Source: Methanobacteriota archaeon (lineage in GTDB: Archaea; Thermoplasmatota; Poseidoniia; Poseidoniales; Thalassarchaeaceae). Taken from it: a stretch of 64,000 nt of DNA. Location of the stretch: positions 12,846 through 76,845 of the forward strand of contig JAERST010000005.1 in NCBI GenBank assembly GCA_016845365.1, in the 5' to 3' direction. This document shows, one piece after another, positions 8,093 to 17,505 of the stretch (position 1 is the first letter of the stretch; each line of letters opens with the position of its first letter). A program made the translations under genes and the position numbers. The notes under the pieces are model-generated. The model saw only the letters and a program-made list of their open reading frames with translations. It ran no database searches and had not been told where the DNA came from.

Positions 8093-9850
8093 TCAACCGT
8101 GAAGATGTTGGTAAATTCGCCGCGCCAATTCACGCCCAATACCCGGCGCAACAGCCAATTCTGCCTCGGTCGCATGCTCGATTCCCTTCATTCCGCCATA
8201 GTGCCGGAGCAAGCCCTGAATCTTCTTCGCACCCAAACCCTCGACCTCCTCGAGGGAACTCTTCAAGCCACCCTTTGAACGGCGCTTCCGGTGATAAGTA
8301 TTCGAGAATCGGTGAGCTTCATCCCGCGCGTGAACCAACACTCTCGAGCGCCGGTCGAGGATCACAGGTTCGGCGTCCGGCCGCCACAGAGTCTCCTCTT
8401 TCTTGGCCAGCGCGGCGACCGGAAATCTCTCCGCTAAGCCGTGCACTGCGAGCATATCGAGGACATGATTGAGATGAGTCTCACCGCCGTCGAGCAACAA
8501 TAAATCCGGCCATTCTTCTTGCCGCTTCAACCAGCGCTCGACGACCTCTTGCATCATTGCAAGGTCGTCCTGAACATCCGTCTTCACTCGGTAAGTCCGG
8601 TACTCCTTCTTACTCGGCCGACCATTGCGGAAAACCACCGCAGCCCCCACGCGCTCCTTGCCCTGAATCTGCGCCATATCGAAGCAGACTATGTGGTCGA
8701 GTGAGTCGAAGCCGTGCACCTGCGCGGCTTCGTCAGCAGCAGCCTGTTCAAGGCTGCCCGAACGCCGAGTCGATTGCCTCGAGGCTTGAATCTCGGCGTT
8801 CGCATCAGCCATCCCGCGCAGCTTGGCCAGTTCGCCGCGCTGCGGATTGCGAACCGTCACCTTAGTCCCGCGCCGCTCATTCAGCCATTCACCCAATGAT
8901 TCGGTCAACGGCGCAGGCACAAGCAAAGTCTTCGGCGGGCGACGGTTCGAGAAATGCTCCGACAAAACCAGTGACACGGAGGCAACAACATCGCCCCGGT
9001 GAATCACAGGATAGCTGACCTGCCCCTGAATAACGCCATCCTGCGTGTGCAATATCAGCACCACCGCAACGTCCCCAACGGCAGCAAAGCCAACAGCGTC
9101 GCAGTCTTGGTAAAAACGCGAATGAATCACCTGCTGAGAGACCGTCGAATTGACCGCCTGAATCAGGTCGCGCTTGTGCGCGGCTACCTCGTAATCAAGC
9201 GCCGCCGAGGCCTCATCCATCTCCACTTGCAAGGCCTCGATCAAAACCCCTGCATCACCATCGAGAACGCTCCTGGCAGCCCTCACCTGCTCATCATAGC
9301 CCTCCGGGTCGATGCACGGACCGTGACACAGCCCAATGTGCATCGCAAGGCATCCTTGAAGAAGCAATTCAGGACAATCTCGGATGCCAAATTGAGACCT
9401 CAACAAACGAATCACACGTTTGGCAGCCCCAGCATCGGGGAAGGGTCCCCAGCGTTGTGCGTCGGCGGGGGGGTGTCGGGTGTAGAGAACGCGAGGGTGT
9501 TCGTGCGAAGTCAGAGCGATGAACGGGTAGGATTTGTCGTCCATCAACATCGAGTTATAGCGCGGTTTATGCTTGCGAATCAACTGCCGCTCGAGGATCA
9601 GCGCTTCGGAAGGAGTCTGGGTCACAATATAGTCGACGTCATCCGATTCCGCGACCAATTTTGGTATCTTTTCCCGGTCCTGCTTGGCCCCAAAATACGA
9701 CCTCACTCGGCTGCGCAGGTCGGTTGCTTTGCCTACGTATTGCACTCGCCCGTCGGCCCGTTTGAAGAGGTAAACTCCGGGCTTGCGGGGGAGGTCGAGT
9801 GAGGCTGGCTCGACTGGCATGGGGGAGACTCGGTGAAGGTCAACGCCCAT
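8093..9850 (-). CDS. uvrC: excinuclease ABC subunit C
   Basis: GIY-YIG block (PGVYLFKRADGRVQYVGKATDLRSRVRSYF), UVR and endonuclease V-like regions, and a C-terminal (HhH)2 (LEEVEGLGAKKIQGLLRHYG...ELAVAPGIG). An alternative ATG at 9820 (MPVEPASL...) is equally plausible. Confidence 0.9.
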   Translation of the reverse strand: MGVDLHRVSPMPVEPASLDLPRKPGVYLFKRADGRVQYVGKATDLRSRVRSYFGAKQDREKIPKLVAESDDVDYIVTQTPSEALILERQLIRKHKPRYNSMLMDDKSYPFIALTSHEHPRVLYTRHPPADAQRWGPFPDAGAAKRVIRLLRSQFGIRDCPELLLQGCLAMHIGLCHGPCIDPEGYDEQVRAARSVLDGDAGVLIEALQVEMDEASAALDYEVAAHKRDLIQAVNSTVSQQVIHSRFYQDCDAVGFAAVGDVAVVLILHTQDGVIQGQVSYPVIHRGDVVASVSLVLSEHFSNRRPPKTLLVPAPLTESLGEWLNERRGTKVTVRNPQRGELAKLRGMADANAEIQASRQSTRRSGSLEQAAADEAAQVHGFDSLDHIVCFDMAQIQGKERVGAAVVFRNGRPSKKEYRTYRVKTDVQDDLAMMQEVVERWLKRQEEWPDLLLLDGGETHLNHVLDMLAVHGLAERFPVAALAKKEETLWRPDAEPVILDRRSRVLVHARDEAHRFSNTYHRKRRSKGGLKSSLEEVEGLGAKKIQGLLRHYGGMKGIEHATEAELAVAPGIGRELARRIYQHLHG

Positions 9851-9875
9851 GAACTGATGGCCTCACTCGCGAACC

Positions 9876-12029
9876 ATGCTGAACGAGACGCAGCGCCGAC
9901 TTCTGCTTCGTTTGGCAGAATTCGGCGCGGAGGTTGAGAGCGCTTGGGATGTGCCTAGGACGCTCTCTTTGCCAGGCTTGGCCGAGCATCTTGGGGTGGT
10001 TCGTTCGGCTATTCATACGCCCCTGAAAGAGTTGGAGGCCTCTGGCTTGGTGACGACTCGTTCGGCGCATGTGATTGGTGGTGGTTCGCGGCGGAGAACG
10101 GTGGTTCATTTGACCGCCGCGGGGCGCGAGCGCGCAGAGGCGCTCGCGGCTGAGGACCGCGCTCCCGAAGCGGCTGGTCGCGCGGTCGGACCGATGCCCG
10201 AACCTACACTCGTACGCGGGCGTGATGCAGAGATTGAGAGCTTGGTTGAGCGATTATTAGCTGGTGGTCGAATCCAATTGAGTGGGTTGCCGGGCATCGG
10301 TAAGACGAGCCTTGCAAGGGCTGTGGCTGGGGTCTTGCTCGAGCGTGGGTTCCGAGTCCGTTGGGGGACTTGTGATGCTGATACTGATGCGGCTGGAATA
10401 GGCTCGCAGTGGCTTGAAGGAGAGTCGCCGCGCGATGCTGAGGCAATCGCTGGCGCGGCGACTGGACACAAGACCTATCTGATTCTCGACGAGGTGCAAG
10501 AATTGCATCTTCGTCACTTGGATGGAGTCCGCAATTTGCTGGCCGCGTGTGGTGGTGAGTCGGGTGGTGTACTCATCGCTGTGCGAGCTCCTAGTCCATT
10601 TGGTACTCTTGCTGGATTTGATGAGGTTCGTGTCGATGGGCTCGATACCGAGGCAGGGTTGGAATTGCTCGCCGATGGTGTCGATGCGGAGATCGGCGAG
10701 CAAGTAGTCGATGCCCTCGGTGGTCATCCTCTCGCCCTTCACCTCTGGTCTCCGGAGGAGGATGTTCCCGGTGAAGGGCAAGAGGTGCAGGAATTTGTTC
10801 AGAAGACGGTCATTCGGCGATTGAGCGAGGCTGGACTTGAGACTCTGGATGAACTCAGCCTCGCGCCGGTGCCTCTAGCAATCGCTGAATTAACCGAGGG
10901 CGAGGGCACCGCTGAACTCGACGAGGCGGCGGTATTGCGCTGGATGGATAGCCTCGTCGAGCCTCACCATCTAATCCGAAATGTACGCCGCGCGACTCTC
11001 GAGGAATCGGCGGCGAAGGAGATTCACTCGCGCGCCGCTGGCTTCTGGTCACAAAGAGACGGCGCGCGAGCGCGCCGATTGGAAGCCCACCACCGACTCA
11101 ATTCCGGTGAGGAACTGGATTCTGAATGGCTGGCTGAGAGCGTTGCCGCCATATCCCGAGAGGATAGTGCGGCGGCCGCAGTTCTAGCCGAAGAGGCGGT
11201 CGAGGCGAGTGGAGAAGACTCGCTAAGACTCGCCGCAATCGACCTCGCATTCGAGCGCGGTGAATCAGAAATCGCCTCGCAGCACCTCGAATCAGTCGAA
11301 GATAGTCCACAGAAGAACATGCGCGAGGCGCGCTTGGCAAGATTGCGCGGTGAGGTCGCCAAGGCCGAGCAATTGGAGGCGGCCGCACTCGAAGAATTGA
11401 GTCCAGCCGAGGCGGTCAGAGCTCAGATCTCGGCTCTGGCTCGGAGCCACGATGACCGCCTTCCCGGCCAAGGAACAAAGGTGACTCAGCAAGATATCGA
11501 CGCGGTCGAAATTTCTAGACTACCCGAATCCGACCGCGCCTCGGCAAACCTAGCCATCGACTTACTTCGCCACGCCGTCGCCCTCGAATCTGGCAGCGTC
11601 GAGACGACGGCAAATGTCCGCTCTTCCCTCGTCGCACAAATGGGCGAAGAACATCCGCGCCTAGCCCTAATCGACTTGCGCACACGCATATCATCAGGCG
11701 CGGAAGGCGCCCTCGAAGCAGCGCGCGAATTCATCGAATCAGCAGATGGCACCATCGAGCGCACACGAGCGATTCACGCCGCGCTCGAATCCACCGCACC
11801 CCAACACCCAGACTGGCTCAATCAAGCCCACGCAGCGATAGCAACCTCGCCCCTGCGTGATGACATCGCCTCGCATCGCCGATTAGCCGCCCAACGCTGG
11901 TATTGGAGAGGCATCCTCGAACCGGCGATGCGCCTCTCACATTGGCGTGAATCAATCAGTCGCTTCAAGTCGGCAGAATGCCCAGCCGCAGCAGCCGAAC
12001 TCCTCTTGCGGCTCACCCGCTCACTGTGA
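9876..12029 (+). CDS. wHTH-NB-ARC STAND NTPase with C-terminal helical-repeat region (putative signal-transducing regulator)
   Basis: N-terminal MarR/ArsR-like wHTH (LPGLAEHLGVVRSAIHTPLKELEASGLVTT). Walker A GLPGIGKTSLA and Walker B YLILDEVQ. ARC-type GGHPLAL motif. About 400 aa of Ala/Leu/Glu/Arg-rich helical repeats follow. Confidence 0.7.
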   Translation: MLNETQRRLLLRLAEFGAEVESAWDVPRTLSLPGLAEHLGVVRSAIHTPLKELEASGLVTTRSAHVIGGGSRRRTVVHLTAAGRERAEALAAEDRAPEAAGRAVGPMPEPTLVRGRDAEIESLVERLLAGGRIQLSGLPGIGKTSLARAVAGVLLERGFRVRWGTCDADTDAAGIGSQWLEGESPRDAEAIAGAATGHKTYLILDEVQELHLRHLDGVRNLLAACGGESGGVLIAVRAPSPFGTLAGFDEVRVDGLDTEAGLELLADGVDAEIGEQVVDALGGHPLALHLWSPEEDVPGEGQEVQEFVQKTVIRRLSEAGLETLDELSLAPVPLAIAELTEGEGTAELDEAAVLRWMDSLVEPHHLIRNVRRATLEESAAKEIHSRAAGFWSQRDGARARRLEAHHRLNSGEELDSEWLAESVAAISREDSAAAAVLAEEAVEASGEDSLRLAAIDLAFERGESEIASQHLESVEDSPQKNMREARLARLRGEVAKAEQLEAAALEELSPAEAVRAQISALARSHDDRLPGQGTKVTQQDIDAVEISRLPESDRASANLAIDLLRHAVALESGSVETTANVRSSLVAQMGEEHPRLALIDLRTRISSGAEGALEAAREFIESADGTIERTRAIHAALESTAPQHPDWLNQAHAAIATSPLRDDIASHRRLAAQRWYWRGILEPAMRLSHWRESISRFKSAECPAAAAELLLRLTRSL

Positions 12030-12083
12030 ATTCCAGAAGCGATTCAGGCAAATTCGCCCAAGCTCGGCGGACGAATCGCCCAA

Positions 12084-12317
12084 TCAAATCTCAGCGCCAA
12101 TCAGCGTTCGAGTCTCGGCGATTCCATCGACCGATCGGACTTCCTTGACGATGCATCGAGTCAGTTCAGCCTCGTCCTCAGCCTCGACCTTAACGAATAG
12201 GTCGTGAACCCCGAAAACGATCCACTGCCCGCTTACGCATGGCACTTTAGAGACCGCGTCGCGTACCTCGATTTCGCGGCCGGGCTCGGTGCTGATGAGA
12301 ACAAATCCAACAGCCAT
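12084..12317 (-). CDS. stand-alone RAM (Lrp/AsnC ligand-binding) domain protein
   Basis: 77 aa with a beta-alpha-beta-beta-alpha-beta pattern: FVLISTEPGREIEVRDAVSKVPCV...VFGVHDLFVKVEAEDEAEL...VRSVDGIAETRTLI. No DNA-binding HTH. Confidence 0.7.
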   Translation of the reverse strand: MAVGFVLISTEPGREIEVRDAVSKVPCVSGQWIVFGVHDLFVKVEAEDEAELTRCIVKEVRSVDGIAETRTLIGAEI

Positions 12318-12320
12318 CCT

Positions 12321-12554
12321 TCACACCTCCACCGCGATGAGAGTCTCGGTTTGCTCGACTCCAGGAATCTGACGGAATTCGCCGATGAGCATCTTTGACA
12401 TCTCTTTGTCATCGCCGAAATCGATGCGCGCCGCGAGGTCGTACTCACCGTAAACGACGTGGGTTTCGACGACGTTGTCGAGCGCCAGAAGCGCTCGGTA
12501 AACATCCGCTTCCATCATCGGTTTTGTCTTGATGAGAACGAAGGCTGTGCTCAT
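12321..12554 (-). CDS. stand-alone RAM (Lrp/AsnC ligand-binding) domain protein, paralogue of 12084..12317
   Basis: 77 aa, same layout (FVLIKTKPMMEADVYRALLALDNV...VYGEYDLAARIDFGDDKEM...FRQIPGVEQTETLI). Its stop lies 3 nt before the next gene's start. Confidence 0.7.
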   Translation of the reverse strand: MSTAFVLIKTKPMMEADVYRALLALDNVVETHVVYGEYDLAARIDFGDDKEMSKMLIGEFRQIPGVEQTETLIAVEV

Positions 12555-12670
12555 GTGACGACCTCTGTGGTTTGCGCGCCCGACTGGCCGTTTATGACTC
12601 CTGCGTAGGTGATGTTCGCGATTTTGGAGGGCCCAAAGAACGCTCTCAAAACAGTGGTTCTGTTACTCCA

Positions 12671-12735
12671 AAACGGACGATGCCGGCCATCACAAAATGG
12701 GTATGCTGACCCTCTCAAACGCACGATGCCGGTCA
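12671..12735. promoter_or_regulatory. pair of 19-nt direct repeats AAACG(G/C)ACGATGCCGG(C/T)CA upstream of the giant surface-protein gene
   Basis: Copies at 12671-12689 and 12717-12735 (17/19 identical, 46-nt period). They lie 49-113 nt upstream of ATG 12784, in the divergent region shared with the RAM-domain genes. Confidence 0.4.
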
Positions 12736-12783
12736 CTTCCAGCGGGGGGGAAACAATACAACGAATGGAGCGAGCCGAGAGCC

Positions 12784-15700
12784 ATGCGCGCGAGGCTCGA
12801 CAACCGCAGAAGCCTCGCAGTGCTCATCATCTCGCTTCTGCTCTGTGCGAGTGTTCTGCCTCTTGCTGCGAGTGGGGCGACCACGCGGGCAACGACGGTT
12901 TGGTCGGGTACCGTGATTCTTCAGGATGGATACACGGTCGGAGCTTCAGATGTCCTCGTGGTCCAATCAGGAACGACGATTCGACTCGGCTCTGGAGAGG
13001 AGATTACAGTTGACGGCAGGATTACTGTCGAAGGGACTGCCTCTAATCCCATCGTATTGGAGTCGATTGTCGGCGATCACGACGGGATTGTCTTCAATCA
13101 ATCGAGCCAAGGATTGGGATCTTCGATCGATAACTTGACGATTACCGATGCAGAATATGGAATCACGATCTATGGCTCGAATCCGATACTGACCAATGTC
13201 AGGATTGAGAATGCCGACCGCGTCGCAGTCGACCTCTTCGACGGGGCCTCGCCGCGAATTTACGATTTGGTCATCGATGGTGGCGGTCAGGATGTACACG
13301 GATTCTCTAATTCTTGGCGCTATGGCATCGGCTTGTCAGTCGGAGCTTATTCTGCACCAATAGTCGATGGACTGCAAGCCGATGGGCTAATCACCCGAGG
13401 AATCAATTATTGGGGTAACTCGGGTGGTTTGGTATCAAATATTGAGATTACAAATGTCTCAGGCGCGACCCTCGCTGTCGCTGCTGGTATCTGGGTAGAG
13501 GACTCGCGCCCGCTGATTACCGATGTCGACATCTCTCGATGCGACACCGGTATTTTCGTTCGACACATCACCACCGGTTGGATAACCCGCCCTGTCTTCC
13601 AGCGAGTGGTAATCGAGGATAGCATGTATCGCGGGGTGATGGTCGAACAATACAATCACAGTCAATTCTCCAATCTTCCCTCGCACGCGGTTTTCAGTGA
13701 ACTCGAGGTGCGAGGAACAGGCGGTCCGGGCGCCATAACGCCTGGACTCGCCTTCGCCGCATTCGAGGTCAATACCAGCGGCGTAGTAGTCGACGATGCG
13801 CTAATCGAAGACAATCCCATCGTCGGATTCAAGGCCTATCTCATCGGCTCTTCGACCATAATCAATGGATTGATTTTGGACAATAATGGCAAGCCGATGG
13901 CGAATTCAGCCATCAACGATCGCGCCGGCTTATTCATGCGGAGCGTCAATTGGGCTCCGGTAATCAACGACCTCCTCGTCACCAATTCATCTGGACCGGG
14001 AGTCTTGCTCTGGAAAGGCGGCGCTATGGGTCAGGATTGGTATGTCGCCGACAATGGAGAAAGCGGCGTCGACTTCCGTGAATTCCACCCCGAAGTGACC
14101 GTCCTGCGCGCCTTCGATAATGCCGGTCACGGCGTCGCAGTACGCGATTCAAGCAATGTTGAATTGCAATATGTTGTGACCTCCGGCAACGGCATCGGAG
14201 CAACAACTCCAGAGGCCGGTGCCGGCATCTACTTCGACGAGGCCAATGATGTGATGAGCGGAGGCAAGAATGTCTCTTGCTTCACCTGTTATTCATCAGC
14301 CGACCAGCATGGCATCGTCGCTCGCGATAGCATCGATTTGCAATTGCTCGCAACAGAGATTCACGACCCACTGAGCGGGCCGGGCCTCGATATCGACAAT
14401 TCCGGCCTTTCCCGCGAAGGAATCGTAATCATTGATGATATGCGCATCAATATTAATCGCAGCGGCTACGCTGCTGAACTCGAGGACGTCAATGCCTTCG
14501 TCACAGGCCTCGACCTCTCGGGAGACAATGGTGGAGTCTACTGGCGCGCCGGAGATGACCGCACCTCGCGCCTCGGCACAAGCACGATTTCTGGAATCGG
14601 AGGAACTTGTCTCGACCTCGTCGACCACACAGAATTACTCGTGCGAAACCTCGGTCTTGCCTGCTCGACTGGCTCGCGACCGAGCATCGATTCAAGCTTC
14701 GTCAATTTCACCGATTCCGGCTTCATTCCCGGTAGCGCGCACGAGACTACATTCCATCTCGAGGCTTCGAGTCATGTTCGTTGGATTTCATCGGCTGCAA
14801 TCTCCGAACCGTCTTTCAGCGCCTCGGATAGCATCCTCGACATCATGTGGTTTATCGAGACTCATGCGGTAAATCAGATGGCTCGACACATTCCGTTTGC
14901 AGAGGTTAATCTCTCCTTCGATTCTTGGGACGCGGACCTTACGGCAACGCTTCCGTACCACGGTTTCGAGACCCTCGGCCCCTTCGTCGGCACACGCTGG
15001 ATGCCCTCCCAAGGTTGGTCAGCGGACAACACGGCCTACGTGGGTTGCGATTATGATGGGGTGCACAATGATTCGGCGGCTGTGACGCTGGATTCTGACA
15101 AGGTGATTCACTGCAGGTTGGAGCTTGAGAATCAGCCGCCGTTCATCATCTGGACGACGCCTGTGGATGAGGCGGAGTTCCCCAGCGGGTCATCGGTGAT
15201 TCTCGATGCTACTGCCTCGTGGGATTTGGATGATGACCCGCTGACTTTCTCTTGGACAAGCAATTTGGATGGGGATTTGACTGCCTCTTGCGTTGGTGTT
15301 TTGCCGGCGGGTGACAATGGTTCCTATCTTGCTACCAATAACCCGCCGGAGACTACTGATGGATGCTTATCGGATGGAGAACAGGAAATTACTCTGGAGG
15401 TTTGTGATGATGAGGGTCATTGTGTCAGCGAGATGCGCGAGATCGAGTTGTTCAATCGGCCTCCATCGCTCTCGGTTTCGACTTCGCCGAGCATCTCTTC
15501 GTGGGGAATAATGCATCTTGGAAGGACTGCGAACGCTACGATTTCTCTCGATGGAAGTAGCGACCCTGAGGGTGATGAATTGACTTGTTGGGTCGAGACG
15601 AATTACGGCTTCTCGACGCCCACGGATGAGGGATGTCCGATGCTCTTTGACATCGATTTCCCTGGTGCTCCGAATCAATTCACGCTGACGATTCATCTTT

Positions 15701-17439
15701 CGGATGGGAATAATCCAGCCGTCACTTGGAGTTTTGATGTGAGGCTATTCAATGAGGTTCCGGCGGCTGAATTCGATGTACTGCGAGCCGGTGAGACCTC
15801 GTCGCATCTTGTAACTCTGGATGGAACGATGGTTGCGGACCCGGAAGGTGACGAGGTCAGATTCGAGTTCTGGAGCGACCGAGATGGGCTGCTTGGGTCT
15901 GGGACTACTCCAGATGCGGTAGTTGAGTGGCGGGGCTGGCTCACACAAGGAATTCACACCATCACGATGTACACCAGCGACGACCGCTCCGGACACGTCA
16001 ATACTTGGAATTCCGCGACTGCGCAGGTCAGCGTCAACAACTCAGCTCCGGTTGCGGTAATCGCTCAGCCAGCCGACGAGACGCTGACCGATTCAGGCGA
16101 GTTGATTCGCTTCGATGCAACAGGCTCGGGAGATTGGGACCTCGCCTGCACTGACCTTCCAGACAACGGCTCGGGATTCGTCTGCAGCCCGACTGCGGCA
16201 TCCAGCACAGACCTTGTCAGCGTCGTTTGGACCTCCGACCGAATGCTCGAGCCAATCGGCAGCGGCTGGATTCTCGATGAACGGCTGCCGAAAGGACACC
16301 ACACAGTTACTCTCACAATCGACGATGGATCAGGAATCGAAGCCAGCGCATCCATTGTCGTCCGAGTCGAGGAATCCGCACCAATCCTAATCCTCGACTC
16401 GCCAATACCAGACGTCGAAGTCTACTCGAATGGACCGGTCCTCTTCGACTTCCGACGCTCCTTCGACCCAGACGGCGACGATTTCACCGTCACCGTCACC
16501 TCGTCTCTCATGGTCGAACCAATCCTCGAAGACAAGACCAACGAGTACTGGTACAATGATTACCTACCACCCGGAGAACACGAATTAACCTTCGAACTTC
16601 GTGATTCCACAGAGCGCGTCCGCCGGTACACACAGACTCTCTTCGTACTCGAAACCGCACCGGTCGCAGTCATCGACGGACTGCTCGACGGACAGTACAT
16701 TCCACCAGGCACCCAACTCACACTCGATGGCTCGCAGTCATACGATTATGACGATGACATCGTGCTCTACCAATGGACCACTGGAGACGGCACCTTCCTC
16801 GGCGACCGCGATGTAATCAGTATCGGTTTCAACCCTGGACCAATTCGCATCGACCTTCTGGTCAAGGACTCTCGAGGAGCCACTTCGACGACCTCGGTCA
16901 ATCTCACGATAGGCTCCTCGTCGCCAAGCCTCTCGCAGATGCAAATCGACCCGAGGAATATCGGCTTGGACGAACCCACACAAGTAACCGTAACCGTGGC
17001 CTTGGACGACCCAGACGGCACCACACAAGTCGTGCGTGGGCTGATGAAGGCGGGGGGCGAAGAAATGGCGCTGACCCTGCAAGACGACGGCACGCGAGGC
17101 GATGCGATTGCCGGCGACGGAATCTGGACCTATGTCGGCACGTGGATAATCGAAGATGGAGGCTGGGTCAGGGTCGAGGTTTGGGCGGTCGATGGCGAAT
17201 TCACCAGCCCAACCCTCGTCGAAACTCTCTCAGTGGAAAAGGCGGAATCGAGCAACCTTCTGACATGGTTGGCGGGCAGTGGACTGCCCTATCTAATCGG
17301 CGTGCTGGTCATTGCTATCATCGCCGGAATGGCCTATCAAAAGCAGCGCAGTGAGGCGATTCGGCGCGACCTTGAGATGATTGAATCCTGGTCGACATTT
17401 GACCCGAGAGAGCTTGATGACGAGTTCGACGAAGACTGA
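12784..17439 (+). CDS. giant surface protein: signal peptide, right-handed beta-helix (PbH1/NosD-like) region, PKD/Ig-like domain array, C-terminal TM anchor
   Basis: ATG 12784 gives MRARLDNRRSLAVLIISLLLCASVLPLAASG. The N-terminal ~600 aa have repetitive G-x-I/V beta-helix turns (ITIYGSNPILTNVRIEN, GIFVRH, GVAVRDSSNVELQ). At least 6 PKD-like units follow (e.g. ILDATASWDLDDDPLTFSWTS, ISLDGSSDPEGDELTCW, LTLDGSQSYDYDDDIVLYQWTTGDG). C-terminal TM is LPYLIGVLVIAIIAGMAY. Confidence 0.8.
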   Translation: MRARLDNRRSLAVLIISLLLCASVLPLAASGATTRATTVWSGTVILQDGYTVGASDVLVVQSGTTIRLGSGEEITVDGRITVEGTASNPIVLESIVGDHDGIVFNQSSQGLGSSIDNLTITDAEYGITIYGSNPILTNVRIENADRVAVDLFDGASPRIYDLVIDGGGQDVHGFSNSWRYGIGLSVGAYSAPIVDGLQADGLITRGINYWGNSGGLVSNIEITNVSGATLAVAAGIWVEDSRPLITDVDISRCDTGIFVRHITTGWITRPVFQRVVIEDSMYRGVMVEQYNHSQFSNLPSHAVFSELEVRGTGGPGAITPGLAFAAFEVNTSGVVVDDALIEDNPIVGFKAYLIGSSTIINGLILDNNGKPMANSAINDRAGLFMRSVNWAPVINDLLVTNSSGPGVLLWKGGAMGQDWYVADNGESGVDFREFHPEVTVLRAFDNAGHGVAVRDSSNVELQYVVTSGNGIGATTPEAGAGIYFDEANDVMSGGKNVSCFTCYSSADQHGIVARDSIDLQLLATEIHDPLSGPGLDIDNSGLSREGIVIIDDMRININRSGYAAELEDVNAFVTGLDLSGDNGGVYWRAGDDRTSRLGTSTISGIGGTCLDLVDHTELLVRNLGLACSTGSRPSIDSSFVNFTDSGFIPGSAHETTFHLEASSHVRWISSAAISEPSFSASDSILDIMWFIETHAVNQMARHIPFAEVNLSFDSWDADLTATLPYHGFETLGPFVGTRWMPSQGWSADNTAYVGCDYDGVHNDSAAVTLDSDKVIHCRLELENQPPFIIWTTPVDEAEFPSGSSVILDATASWDLDDDPLTFSWTSNLDGDLTASCVGVLPAGDNGSYLATNNPPETTDGCLSDGEQEITLEVCDDEGHCVSEMREIELFNRPPSLSVSTSPSISSWGIMHLGRTANATISLDGSSDPEGDELTCWVETNYGFSTPTDEGCPMLFDIDFPGAPNQFTLTIHLSDGNNPAVTWSFDVRLFNEVPAAEFDVLRAGETSSHLVTLDGTMVADPEGDEVRFEFWSDRDGLLGSGTTPDAVVEWRGWLTQGIHTITMYTSDDRSGHVNTWNSATAQVSVNNSAPVAVIAQPADETLTDSGELIRFDATGSGDWDLACTDLPDNGSGFVCSPTAASSTDLVSVVWTSDRMLEPIGSGWILDERLPKGHHTVTLTIDDGSGIEASASIVVRVEESAPILILDSPIPDVEVYSNGPVLFDFRRSFDPDGDDFTVTVTSSLMVEPILEDKTNEYWYNDYLPPGEHELTFELRDSTERVRRYTQTLFVLETAPVAVIDGLLDGQYIPPGTQLTLDGSQSYDYDDDIVLYQWTTGDGTFLGDRDVISIGFNPGPIRIDLLVKDSRGATSTTSVNLTIGSSSPSLSQMQIDPRNIGLDEPTQVTVTVALDDPDGTTQVVRGLMKAGGEEMALTLQDDGTRGDAIAGDGIWTYVGTWIIEDGGWVRVEVWAVDGEFTSPTLVETLSVEKAESSNLLTWLAGSGLPYLIGVLVIAIIAGMAYQKQRSEAIRRDLEMIESWSTFDPRELDDEFDED

Positions 17440-17505
17440 GCAAAGCTCAGTCGCTACCCGCTGTGCCGGGTCAAAGTTGAAGGTTGTTTGAGCAGAAGCG
17501 GTGTC

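Noticed and set aside
8999-9802. 267-aa ORF antisense to uvrC, and similar long antisense or alternative-frame ORFs: 10257..10781, 19282..19830, 24325..24987, 25910..26686, 27200..27958, 44593..45189, 46630..47316, 48536..49141, 51113..51865, 56271..56849.
   Set aside because: All lie entirely inside confidently assigned genes. They have Arg/Ser/Pro/Gly-biased composition and resemble no protein family I know. They are expected shadow ORFs in GC-rich DNA.
9876-12029. Antiviral STAND (Avs-like) defence protein.
   Set aside because: It has no nuclease, protease, TIR or other killing effector domain. The only extra domain is an N-terminal wHTH, and the context is housekeeping (uvrC). A regulatory STAND is the more economical reading.
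17200-17439. PGF-CTERM/archaeosortase-type sorting signal on the giant surface proteins.
   Set aside because: The C-terminal TM segments are not preceded by a PGF-like tripeptide and are followed by long acidic tails. No archaeosortase gene is in the window.
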